This document shows, piece by piece, positions 55,853 to 64,000 of a stretch of 64,000 nucleotides of DNA. This DNA is from Acutalibacteraceae bacterium (GTDB taxonomy: Bacteria; Bacillota; Clostridia; Oscillospirales; Acutalibacteraceae). Location: contig JAZUPI010000004.1 of assembly GCA_045605085.1 (NCBI GenBank), forward strand, positions 44,114-108,113. The letters are read 5' to 3'. The stretch's first letter is position 1, and each line of letters begins with the position of its first letter. Both the position numbers and the translations under genes were made by a program. Below the pieces are notes generated by a model that saw only the letters and a list, made by a program, of their open reading frames with translations, was not told where the DNA came from and did not search any database.

Positions 55853-57325
55853 ATGAACCTTTCCGAATTAAATAAAAAATACACCGTAGTCATTGTTGGC
55901 AGTGGCATTGCAGGTCTGTATGCAGCGCTTAATTTCCCACAAGACACAGACATTCTTTTACTATCTAAAAAAGAACGTCATCAGTCAAACAGCTCTTTGG
56001 CGCAGGGTGGCGTAGCTTGTGTTCTTGACCTTGAGAATGACAGCTACGACCTGCATATTGAAGACACACTCATTGCAGGTAAAAGAGAAAATGACCTTGA
56101 TGCAGTAACAGAGCTTTGCACAGAGGGTCCTGCCGACGTTTTAAAAACCATTGAATACGGCGTGGAATATGACCGTGACGAAAAGGGTGAGCTTATAAAA
56201 ACCCTTGAGGGTGGTCATTGCAGACGCAGAATTGTTCACCATAAGGACACCTCCGGTAAGGAAATGGTGGACAAGCTTATGCTTCAGGTTGAAAAGCTCC
56301 CTAACGTAACTATTGCAGACGAAACAATGGTCACATCTATGGACCGTATCAAAAACGGGTTCCGAATTGAAATAATGAGCAATAACCAGCACAAGACGGT
56401 CTATGCTGACTTTTGTCTTCTTGCTTCAGGTGGCATAGGCAGAGTTTATAAATACACAACAAACCCATCCGTTGCTACAGGTGACGGCATACGCTTTGCG
56501 TATGAAATGGGTGCTTCAATCAAAAATTTAAGCTACGTCCAATTCCACCCTACTGCCTTTAATGGTGCAAATCGTGAACAGTTTCTTATAAGCGAGGCAG
56601 TTCGCGGCGAGGGTGCGTATCTTCTTAACTGCAATAAAGAAAGATTTATGGACAGGTACGACGAACGTCTTGAATTAGCACCAAGGGACGTTGTTTCACG
56701 TTCCATTATTATGGAATCAAGGCGTCTTGGTAGCAATAACTTTTACCTTGACATACGTTACAAAGGCGAAGAATATCTCAAAAATCGTTTTCCAGGAATA
56801 TATGCCGGTTGTCTTAAGCAGGGCGTAGATATTTCAAAGGATTTAATTCCTGTTTTCCCTTGTCAGCATTACCTTATGGGTGGCATAGAGGTTGACCTAA
56901 ACGCAAGAACAACACTCCCCCGTCTTTATGCTGCAGGTGAATGCTCCTGTACAGGTGTGCATGGTAAAAACCGACTTGCAAGCAACTCTCTTCTTGAAGC
57001 ACTTGTTTTCGGAAGAAAGGCTGCCGAGGACATTACAAGGTGCATAAAGGCAGGCTTTTACAGTGTTAATGTGCCTGAAAATGAGCCTGTTACTGTAAAA
57101 ACAGGTGCACCGTTACCAAAGGGCACACGCACGGAAATTCGTGACACTCTTCAAAGGGCATATTTCGTTATTCCTGACGAGGGTGCAATTCACGAAAGTA
57201 AAAACAGAATTGAAAATATATTAAACAGACTTAAAAATGGTAAATTTGCCGTTACTGCAGACTATTGCGAGGCTCTTTCCCTTGCAACTATTGCGTATAT
57301 AATTCTCAAGGAGGTAGACAGATGA
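55853..57325 (+). CDS. nadB: L-aspartate oxidase
   Basis: FAD-binding VVIVGSGIAGLYAAL, SSLAQGG, and RLYAAGECSCTGVHGKNRLASNSLLE. Confidence 0.9.
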   Translation: MNLSELNKKYTVVIVGSGIAGLYAALNFPQDTDILLLSKKERHQSNSSLAQGGVACVLDLENDSYDLHIEDTLIAGKRENDLDAVTELCTEGPADVLKTIEYGVEYDRDEKGELIKTLEGGHCRRRIVHHKDTSGKEMVDKLMLQVEKLPNVTIADETMVTSMDRIKNGFRIEIMSNNQHKTVYADFCLLASGGIGRVYKYTTNPSVATGDGIRFAYEMGASIKNLSYVQFHPTAFNGANREQFLISEAVRGEGAYLLNCNKERFMDRYDERLELAPRDVVSRSIIMESRRLGSNNFYLDIRYKGEEYLKNRFPGIYAGCLKQGVDISKDLIPVFPCQHYLMGGIEVDLNARTTLPRLYAAGECSCTGVHGKNRLASNSLLEALVFGRKAAEDITRCIKAGFYSVNVPENEPVTVKTGAPLPKGTRTEIRDTLQRAYFVIPDEGAIHESKNRIENILNRLKNGKFAVTADYCEALSLATIAYIILKEVDR

Positions 57326-58161
57326 TTTTACCACAGTTTTACGTTGATGACCTTATAAAAAACGCTATTAAAGAGGATATCAACTACATAGACGTTGCAA
57401 CGGATTATCTTCTGGATGAAAACGAGGAAAGCGAAGCATACTTTGTTGCTAAGGCAGATGGTGTTCTTTGTGGACTTGACGTTGCGATGCGAGTTTTCCA
57501 GCTTCTTGACGACAGCTTTTCTTGTACTGTATACAAGAAAGACGGTGACGAAATCAAGAAGGGTGACTTGATTGTTGAATTCAAAGGTAAAACAGTAAGA
57601 CTTCTTAAGGGTGAGAGAACTGCCCTTAACCTTATTCAGCATATGAGTGGTATTGCTACCATTACAAATGTGTGTGTCAAAGAAACAATTGGTACAAAGG
57701 CTACCATTGCTGACACAAGAAAAACACTTCCGGGTCTTCGCTCTTTACAGAAATATGCAGTAACCTGTGGTGGTGGAAGAAACCATCGTTACAACCTTTC
57801 CGACTGCGCAATGCTTAAGGACAACCATATAGATGCAAAGGGTGGCATTACACCTGCAGTTAAAGCACTTCGCGAAAAAATCGGACATACTGTGAAAATT
57901 GAGGTTGAAACAAGAACTCTTGACGAGGTAAAGGAAGCACTTTCAGCCGGTGCAGATATTATAATGCTCGATAATATGGACAACGACACAATGGCAAAGG
58001 CTGTCCAGATGGTTGACGGCAAAGCTCTTTTAGAGGCTTCCGGTAACCTTACAAAAGAAAGACTTCGCAGTGTCGCAGAGCTAGGTGTAGACATTCTTTC
58101 TATTGGCGCGCTCACACACTCTGTTGAAGCATTTGATATATCAATGAAAATGAAAAAATAA
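57322..58161 (+). CDS. nadC: nicotinate-nucleotide diphosphorylase (carboxylating)
   Basis: Start ATG 57322 overlaps the nadB stop (ATGA). Motifs GERTALNL, DTRKTLPGLR, IMLDNM. Confidence 0.9.
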   Translation: MILPQFYVDDLIKNAIKEDINYIDVATDYLLDENEESEAYFVAKADGVLCGLDVAMRVFQLLDDSFSCTVYKKDGDEIKKGDLIVEFKGKTVRLLKGERTALNLIQHMSGIATITNVCVKETIGTKATIADTRKTLPGLRSLQKYAVTCGGGRNHRYNLSDCAMLKDNHIDAKGGITPAVKALREKIGHTVKIEVETRTLDEVKEALSAGADIIMLDNMDNDTMAKAVQMVDGKALLEASGNLTKERLRSVAELGVDILSIGALTHSVEAFDISMKMKK

Positions 58162-58185
58162 TTTTCTCGGCTATTGGAGGATATT

Positions 58186-60612
58186 ATGTTAAAAAACTTA
58201 AAAAAGGCTTTGAAGAAAACTGCTTTTTACACCTGGTTTACTTATACGTTGCCCAAGCTTCGTTACGTAAAATGGTACAGAAAGCTCAAAATCGACGATC
58301 ACGCCATTTTGCTAGAATCACAGCATGGTACAGAAATAAGTGGTAACGTTTTCTACCTTGTTAAAGAGCTTGCGACTAACCCTGATTACAAAGATTACAA
58401 GATATATCTCAGCTGTCGTGCAGGCAACAAGAAAAGGTTTATGGCAACCTTGGAAAAGTATAAGATTAAAAACGTTGTACCTGTTATTCTTTCAACAAAA
58501 AGATATATGATGGTTATGGCTTCTGCCAAATATCTTTTTAACGATAATACGTTTTTACCATTTTATCTCAAAAAAGAAGGTCAGGTTTATTTCAACACCT
58601 GGCACGGCACGCCCTTAAAGACCTTAGGTAAGGGCATTCGCAATGCAATGCACGGCATAGGTAACGCACAGAAAAACTTCGTTTGTGCAGACTATCTCCT
58701 CTACCCTAACAGATACACAATGGAGCATATGGTGGAAGATTATATGCTGGACAATATTGCTTTGGGTAAATGTGTACTTGCAGGCTACCCAAGAAATACA
58801 GCCTTCTTCAACAAAAAGCGTGGGGAAGAGATCATTAAGGAATTAGAGCTTGAGGGCAAAAAAATATATGCTTATATGCCAACGTGGCGTGGCTCTGTAG
58901 GTGACATTGACCCTAAAGCAAATGCATATTTCCAGTATTACTTGTATGAATTAGACAAACAGCTTAAGGATGACGAAATTGTTTTCCTTAACCTTCACCC
59001 AATTGCTAAAAAGAACGTAGACTTCAAAACACTTAAGCATATTAAAAACTTCCCACCAAAGTTTGAAACCTACGATTTCCTTAACTGTGCAGAATGTCTT
59101 ATTACCGACTATTCAAGTGTTTTCTATGATTTTGCAAACACAGGTAAGAAAATAATTCTTTTCACCTTTGACGAGGAGGACTATTTTGCAGACCGTGGCG
59201 TGTACAAGCCACTTTCAGACCTTCCCTTCCCTAACGTAAAAACAATAGAAGAGCTTCTTAAGGAAATACGCTCTGGCAAGGAGTATGACGACAAGGCATT
59301 CTTAGAGGAATATTGCTCATACGATTGTCCTGAAGCAACTAAAGCTATTCTTGACTTTACTATATTGGGTAAAAAGTCAGAAAAGGTTGAAGAGGTTCAG
59401 TTCAACCGTAACCACAAAAAGAACATTCTTTTATATATCGGTAACCTTGACCAGAACGGCATTACAACAGCAGGCCTCAACCTACTTAAGCACCTTGACA
59501 CAACAAAATACAATTACTTTGTTTCATTCCCTGCTGAAAAAGGTAAAAATCATCAGGATACAATTGCTTCCCTTCCTGAAGGTGTAAGCTATTTCCCAAT
59601 ACAGGGTGTATTCAATTTAGGCTACTTCAAAAAGAAAATCTGGCTCAGCTTCAATAAAAAGCATTTCCCCACACAGCCTATGATGTCTTTACTTAAAGAT
59701 GAATGGCAGTTGGAAATCCAACGTACCTTCGGTGGCGCACCATTTGACAGTGCATTACAATTCAACGGCTACGAAACAAAAATGATTCTTCTTTTCTCAC
59801 AGTTCAAGTGCAACAACGCTATATTTGTTCATAGCGATATGGTTAAAGAAATTGAGCTTAAGAGCAATCAAAGAAATTCAGTGCTTAAATATGCATACAA
59901 AACCTACGATAAGGTTGCCCTTGTTACAGAAGACATTGAAAAAGCTACCGCAAGCTTTGTTTCAAAGACACATAATTTCGCACTTGCCCATAACATAATT
60001 GCATATGATGAAATTCTTGAAAAAGGCAACGCTGAAATTCAGTTTGACGAAGGCGTCACACAGAGCAACAAGGAATTAGATGAAATTAAAAAGATTCTTG
60101 CAAGTGACTCAAAGGTTATTATCAGCGTTGGCAGATTTTCACCTGAAAAAGACCACAAGAGAATGATTGATGCCTTCAATAACGTATGGCAGAAGAATAA
60201 GGATACTTATTTCGTTATTATCGGTGGTATTCAGCGTGATGGTATTTACGATAATCTTTGTGAATATGTAAAAACCTTACCTTGCGGCAATAACGTTATA
60301 CTTATTCTTTCAATGACAAATCCATTGCCGCTTGTTAAGGCTTGCGACGGCTTTATTCTTGCTTCTCACTACGAGGGCTTTGGTCTTGTGCTTGTTGAGG
60401 CAGATATTTTAGGTCTTCCTGCAGTTTCTACAGACATTACAGGTCCACGTACCTTTATGCAGAAAAATAACGGTACACTTGTAGAAAACACTCAGAAGGG
60501 TGTTGAAGAAGGCTTCCGGATGCTTATTGACGGTAAGGTGCCACTTATGACAAGCGATTACCACAAGTACAACGAGGATGCACTTAAAGAATTCAACAAT
60601 ATAATCGAATAA
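58186..60612 (+). CDS. fusion: CDP-glycerol glycerophosphotransferase (TagB/TagF-like) + GT4 glycosyltransferase
   Basis: The N-terminal half has the TagF-like pattern (FNTWHGTPLKTLG, YMPTWRG, ITDYSSVFYDF). The C-terminal half is GT4-like (VGRFSPEKDH, SHYEGFGLVLVEA). Confidence 0.75.
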   Translation: MLKNLKKALKKTAFYTWFTYTLPKLRYVKWYRKLKIDDHAILLESQHGTEISGNVFYLVKELATNPDYKDYKIYLSCRAGNKKRFMATLEKYKIKNVVPVILSTKRYMMVMASAKYLFNDNTFLPFYLKKEGQVYFNTWHGTPLKTLGKGIRNAMHGIGNAQKNFVCADYLLYPNRYTMEHMVEDYMLDNIALGKCVLAGYPRNTAFFNKKRGEEIIKELELEGKKIYAYMPTWRGSVGDIDPKANAYFQYYLYELDKQLKDDEIVFLNLHPIAKKNVDFKTLKHIKNFPPKFETYDFLNCAECLITDYSSVFYDFANTGKKIILFTFDEEDYFADRGVYKPLSDLPFPNVKTIEELLKEIRSGKEYDDKAFLEEYCSYDCPEATKAILDFTILGKKSEKVEEVQFNRNHKKNILLYIGNLDQNGITTAGLNLLKHLDTTKYNYFVSFPAEKGKNHQDTIASLPEGVSYFPIQGVFNLGYFKKKIWLSFNKKHFPTQPMMSLLKDEWQLEIQRTFGGAPFDSALQFNGYETKMILLFSQFKCNNAIFVHSDMVKEIELKSNQRNSVLKYAYKTYDKVALVTEDIEKATASFVSKTHNFALAHNIIAYDEILEKGNAEIQFDEGVTQSNKELDEIKKILASDSKVIISVGRFSPEKDHKRMIDAFNNVWQKNKDTYFVIIGGIQRDGIYDNLCEYVKTLPCGNNVILILSMTNPLPLVKACDGFILASHYEGFGLVLVEADILGLPAVSTDITGPRTFMQKNNGTLVENTQKGVEEGFRMLIDGKVPLMTSDYHKYNEDALKEFNNIIE

Positions 60613-60624
60613 GCTTATATAGTA

Positions 60625-60661
60625 AAAGACATCGTATGACGCAAGCCATACGATGTTTTTT
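60625..60661. terminator. bidirectional rho-independent terminator
   Basis: Stem ACATCGTATG / CATACGATGT with an A-run upstream and a T-run downstream. Confidence 0.8.
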
Positions 60662-61664
60662 AATTATATTTATTTTCCAATATTTCTTTTATAACAGGCT
60701 CAATAACCTGCGCCATTCTGTAAAAGCCTAAATCGTTAGGATGACAGCAGTCACAGGTACAAGCGTGACGGTCGGTTTCTCCGAAAAAGCCTTGTCCGTC
60801 AATGAAATAAACATTTTCGTCACCTGAATTTTTCGCATTAAGGTAAGTGTTGTAAATGACCTCACGCCTCCTGTCACCTTGTGGGTCATAGTCAAAATCA
60901 GGCTTTGTCATAATTACAACAGGCAAATCAGGATTTTTCTCTCTTATCCTTTTAAAAAATTTTTCGTGTGTCTTTTCGAGATGCTCTGCATCGGGTGCGT
61001 TATGGTCATAGTCATAAACAAAAATACTCATAGGAATTGTGTTTATGTAATCGGCAATTTCCAGCTCTCCCTTTGCCCCACCTGAAAAACCGAGATTGTA
61101 GTAATCTACATCAAGGTGCTGACTTATAAGAGCGTTGTAAACGTTAGTCACCCTACAACAACATCCACCCTCTGTAATTGATGAGCCGTAGTAAAGCATA
61201 GGTGGATATTTGTATGGTGTTGGTGGAAGAATTTCTGCATCATCCTCGATGGAAATGATGAAATCTTCAATAACCTCATTGCGAGGAAGCCATATTGTTA
61301 CGTCTTCCATTTCGTTATCTTTAAAGAATTCTGCCTCGCACTCCATAGTTTCGTAGTCCTGTGGGTGCAGAAGTCCCGCAAACCTTGCAGTCTGTCGGTT
61401 ACCTATCATTACATTTGCAGATTGACAATCAAAAATAGACATACCAATATCCCAATTAAGTGTAGAAAAAACCATTTTTAAGGTTATTTTAGATGAATTT
61501 GTACGCAAACAAATTCTTGCTCCGGGACAACGTCTGCCAAGGCCTGCAAGTGACGGCACTGCATCACGTACAGATTGAGGAAGTCTTTCAAGTCTGCCTG
61601 TTTTTTCAAAAAACGGCACACCGTGTACTTCTATGGGCTTGTCTTTGTAACTGTATGTTTTCAT
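60660..61664 (-). CDS. SGNH/GDSL-family hydrolase with N-terminal beta-sandwich domain
   Basis: Block I YGSSITEG, block III GGAKGE region, and block V CHPNDLG. Confidence 0.7.
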   Translation of the reverse strand: MKTYSYKDKPIEVHGVPFFEKTGRLERLPQSVRDAVPSLAGLGRRCPGARICLRTNSSKITLKMVFSTLNWDIGMSIFDCQSANVMIGNRQTARFAGLLHPQDYETMECEAEFFKDNEMEDVTIWLPRNEVIEDFIISIEDDAEILPPTPYKYPPMLYYGSSITEGGCCCRVTNVYNALISQHLDVDYYNLGFSGGAKGELEIADYINTIPMSIFVYDYDHNAPDAEHLEKTHEKFFKRIREKNPDLPVVIMTKPDFDYDPQGDRRREVIYNTYLNAKNSGDENVYFIDGQGFFGETDRHACTCDCCHPNDLGFYRMAQVIEPVIKEILENKYN

Positions 61665-61698
61665 ATTATCACCAATGAAGTCAGAAGTGAGGAGTTAA

Positions 61699-61822
61699 GT
61701 AACTGCGTTGCAATTGTAAAAGCCGCCAGTCGCCAGATGCCAGATGCCAGTCGCCAGATGCCAGTCGCCAGATGCCAGATGCCAGATGCCAGATGCCGGA
61801 TACCAGATGCCAGAGCTTCACA
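61699..61822. repeat. mosaic intergenic repeat, locus C: 22-nt box + 13-unit heptad microsatellite + GCCAGAGCTTCAC box
   Basis: GTAACTGCGTTGCAATTGTAAA at 61699-61720. Thirteen contiguous 7-nt units at 61725-61815, comprising GCCAGAT x7, GCCAGTC x3, GCCGGAT, ACCAGAT and GCCAGAG. Then CTTCAC. Confidence 0.9.
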
Positions 61823-62135
61823 AAGCTGTTGAAAAGTAATAATTTTCAAGATTTTGATGAAGAACGCAGTTTTAACACCCGAAGCTGTATTAAGATACTG
61901 CAAGTAGGCTAAAACCAAGTTGTTCACAAAACTGTTGAGAAGTAATAATTTTCAAGATTTTATGAAGAACGCAGTTTTAACACCCAAAGCTGTCTTGACA
62001 TACTGCAAGGGTAGAAAACAAGTTATTCACAAAACTGTTAAGAAGTAATAATTTTCAAGATTTTGATGAAGAACGCAGTTTTAACACCCGAAGCTGTATT
62101 AAGATACTGCGAGGGGGGCAAAAACAAGTTATTCG
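61817..62135. repeat. three tandem copies of an approximately 103-106-bp non-coding unit
   Basis: Unit starts (TTCACAAARCTGTT) are at 61817, 61923 and 62026, with a truncated fourth start at about 62132. Each unit carries AATAATTTTCAAGATTTT and the hairpin GCAGTTTTAACACCCRAAGCTGT...ATACTGC. Confidence 0.9.
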
Positions 62136-62149
62136 CAAAATATTGAAAA

Positions 62150-62953
62150 TTATTTCCCGAGTTCGAGAGTGCGCTGATATGCCCTTTTAACTGCATTCAT
62201 TGCACTGGCACGGAATGCACCTTCTTCAAGGGCTTTAACACCCTCAATGGTGCTACCGGCAGGAGAGCAGACTGCATCTTTAAGCTTACCCGGGTGCTCA
62301 CCTGTTTCGTTTAACATGGTAGCAGAGCCGATAAGTGTTTGTGCTGCGTAAAGAAGTGCTTTGTCCCGTGGAAGACCACATTCAACGGCACCGTCTGCAA
62401 GTGCCTCACAGAACATAAAAACGAATGCAGGGCCACAGCCTGAAACACAAGATGCAGCATCAATTTTATCCTCATCAATTCTGTCAAGGACGCCTGCATA
62501 CTTCATCGCACTTAAAAAGCCGTCAAGGTCTTCCTTTGAAACAAAGTCGTTTACTGTATAAAGTATCATACCCTGACCAACTGCAACAGGCATATTGGGC
62601 ATAATTCTGATTACAGGACAATCCACCTGTGCCATAGCACTTATGGAAGCAAGACTGACCCCTGCTGCCATTGAAACAAGTGTAAAGTCGGTAGTTCTAT
62701 CCTCAAGAACAGGTGCAATTTTCTCAAAAAGAGTTTTAAGCATCTGTGGTTTAACGCCCAGAAAGATATAGTCGCAGTTCAGAACAATATACTCTGCATC
62801 AGCAATATTAACGTCCGTTTCGTCTGCGAAAGCTTTAACTTTCTTTGTGTCGGTATCAAAAACAAAAATATTTTCTGCACCAACTGACTTTATTGCTGCT
62901 TTAGCAAGGGCTCCACCCATATTGCCACAGCCTAAGAAACCAATTTTTTCCAT
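62150..62953 (-). CDS. proC: pyrroline-5-carboxylate reductase
   Basis: IGFLGCGNMGGALA Rossmann motif and the C-terminal PAGSTIEG signature. Confidence 0.9.
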   Translation of the reverse strand: MEKIGFLGCGNMGGALAKAAIKSVGAENIFVFDTDTKKVKAFADETDVNIADAEYIVLNCDYIFLGVKPQMLKTLFEKIAPVLEDRTTDFTLVSMAAGVSLASISAMAQVDCPVIRIMPNMPVAVGQGMILYTVNDFVSKEDLDGFLSAMKYAGVLDRIDEDKIDAASCVSGCGPAFVFMFCEALADGAVECGLPRDKALLYAAQTLIGSATMLNETGEHPGKLKDAVCSPAGSTIEGVKALEEGAFRASAMNAVKRAYQRTLELGK

Positions 62954-62962
62954 AATATCACC

Positions 62963-64000
62963 TCATCGGATTTGTCCGTCACCCTTGATAATGAATTTAT
63001 AAGTTGTAAGCTCCTTAAGTCCCATTGGACCTCTTGCGTGAAGCTTTTGTGTAGATATACCCATTTCACAGCCTAAACCAAATTCGCCACCGTCTGTGAA
63101 ACGTGTTGAAGCATTTACGTAAACTGCTGCACTGTCAACCGTCATTGTGAAAAGCTTTGCATTATTTCTGTTTTCTGTTATGATAGCCTCACTATGACCT
63201 GTTGAGTGAAGAGAAATGTGCTCTATTGCCTCTTCAACAGAAGAAACCACTTTAATTGCAAGTATGTAATCAAGAAATTCTGTATCAAAATCCTTTTCTC
63301 CTGCAGGTGTGCCGTCAATGATCTGTATTGCTTTTTCATCAAGACGAAGCTCAACAGGCTTCTCTCCTTTAGCAGCACGAAGATCGCAAAGTCTTTCTTT
63401 AAGAAGTGGCAACAACTGATCTGCAAGGCTTTCATGAAGAAGCACAACCTCGCAAGCGTTACAAACAGATGGTCTGCTTGTTTTTGCGTTTTCTATAATG
63501 TTAAGAGCCTTTTCGTAATCAGCCTTTTTATCAACGTAAATGTGGCAGATTCCTGTGCCTGTCTGTATACAAGGCACCTTTGCATTTTCTGTACATGCCT
63601 TTATAAGTCCTGCACCACCGCGTGGAATAAGGAGGTCCACGTAGCCTACAGCATTCATAAGCTCATTTGCGCTTTGTCTTGTAGTGTCCTGCACAAGATT
63701 TATAAGTGTTTCAGGAAGCTCTGCCTTAGCAAGGCCCTTGCGCATTGCCTTAACTATTGCATCTGCTGAAAGGAATGCTTCCTTACCACCACGAAGGACG
63801 CACACATTACCACTTTTAAGTGCAAGTGCTGCAGCATCAGAGGTTACGTTTGGTCTGCTTTCATAAATTATTGCAACAACGCCCATTGGTACAGCTGTTT
63901 TTTCAACAACAATTCCACTTGGTCTTACGACTGTTTCAAGAACCTCTCCAACAGGGTCAGGAAGGGCTGCAACCTGACGGATACCCTCTGCCATGCCCTG
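62963..64000 (-). CDS. proA: gamma-glutamyl phosphate reductase, 5' end beyond window
   Basis: [13 protein letters not shown] and [32 protein letters not shown] are ProA signatures. The reading frame is open to the window end, so the track's Met at 63994 is internal. Confidence 0.9.
   Translation of the reverse strand, partial: QGMAEGIRQVAALPDPVGEVLETVVRPSGIVVEKTAVPMGVVAIIYESRPNVTSDAAALALKSGNVCVLRGGKEAFLSADAIVKAMRKGLAKAELPETLINLVQDTTRQSANELMNAVGYVDLLIPRGGAGLIKACTENAKVPCIQTGTGICHIYVDKKADYEKALNIIENAKTSRPSVCNACEVVLLHESLADQLLPLLKERLCDLRAAKGEKPVELRLDEKAIQIIDGTPAGEKDFDTEFLDYILAIKVVSSVEEAIEHISLHSTGHSEAIITENRNNAKLFTMTVDSAAVYVNASTRFTDGGEFGLGCEMGISTQKLHARGPMGLKELTTYKFIIKGDGQIR

Noticed and set aside
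61575-61927. Track ORFs 61575..61832 (+, 85 aa) and 61661..61927 (-, 88 aa) spanning the heptad array
   Set aside because: Their translations are low-complexity echoes of the 7-nt repeat (for example SRQMPDASRQMPVARCQMPDA). They have no RBS and overlap the SGNH gene start, so I treat them as non-coding repeat DNA.
61817-62135. Possible CRISPR array (regularly spaced repeats)
   Set aside because: The units are contiguous ~105-bp tandem copies with no unique spacers and no cas genes. The period and structure do not fit CRISPR.

Overview
This 64-kb window looks like chromosomal DNA from a low-GC Gram-positive, Clostridia-like anaerobe. That assignment rests on gene content and RBS style only, since no search was possible. 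About 55 protein genes are called, almost all housekeeping or carbohydrate metabolism:
- rsmG (partial), a GH31 hydrolase, and a DUF1846 protein.
- A cobalamin-riboswitch-controlled DUF4430 lipoprotein plus ECF S-component.
- ogg, a HAD-PHP fusion, a NUDIX hydrolase, an alanine/glycine symporter, and uxaC with a GPH transporter.
- A LytTR/AgrC-type two-component module preceded by two unknown membrane proteins.
- gltX-glnS, three ABC exporters, and the deoD-deoB-cdd-pdp operon.
- Two amidohydrolases, the glgB-glgC-glgD-(zinc-ribbon ORF)-glgA operon, an O-antigen-ligase-like protein, and fucI.
- pnuC, glyA, nadA-nadB-nadC, a TagF-GT4 fusion, an SGNH hydrolase, proC and proA (partial).

Two RNA elements are recognisable by eye: RNase P RNA with its own promoter and terminator, and a cobalamin riboswitch. 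I saw no rRNA, tRNA, CRISPR array, transposase, integrase or prophage genes.

The most unusual signal is non-coding. It is a mosaic intergenic repeat family made of a 22-nt box, GCCAGAT-type heptanucleotide arrays, a GCCAGAGCTTCRC box, AT-rich NAATTTT heptads and a GTGATGCGA(T)AGC core. It recurs at about 7.1, 30.8, 37.1 and 61.7 kb. At 61.7 kb it expands into a 13-unit heptad microsatellite followed by three tandem copies of about 105 bp.

Other candidates:
- An orphan promoter, long hairpin and terminator leader before a 54-aa ORF.
- A GTGAAGTT motif cluster.
- A terminator/antiterminator upstream of pnuC.
- Direct repeats at 21-bp spacing upstream of the LytTR module.

All product calls come from motif and family recognition by eye. 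No database search, folding or statistics were run.
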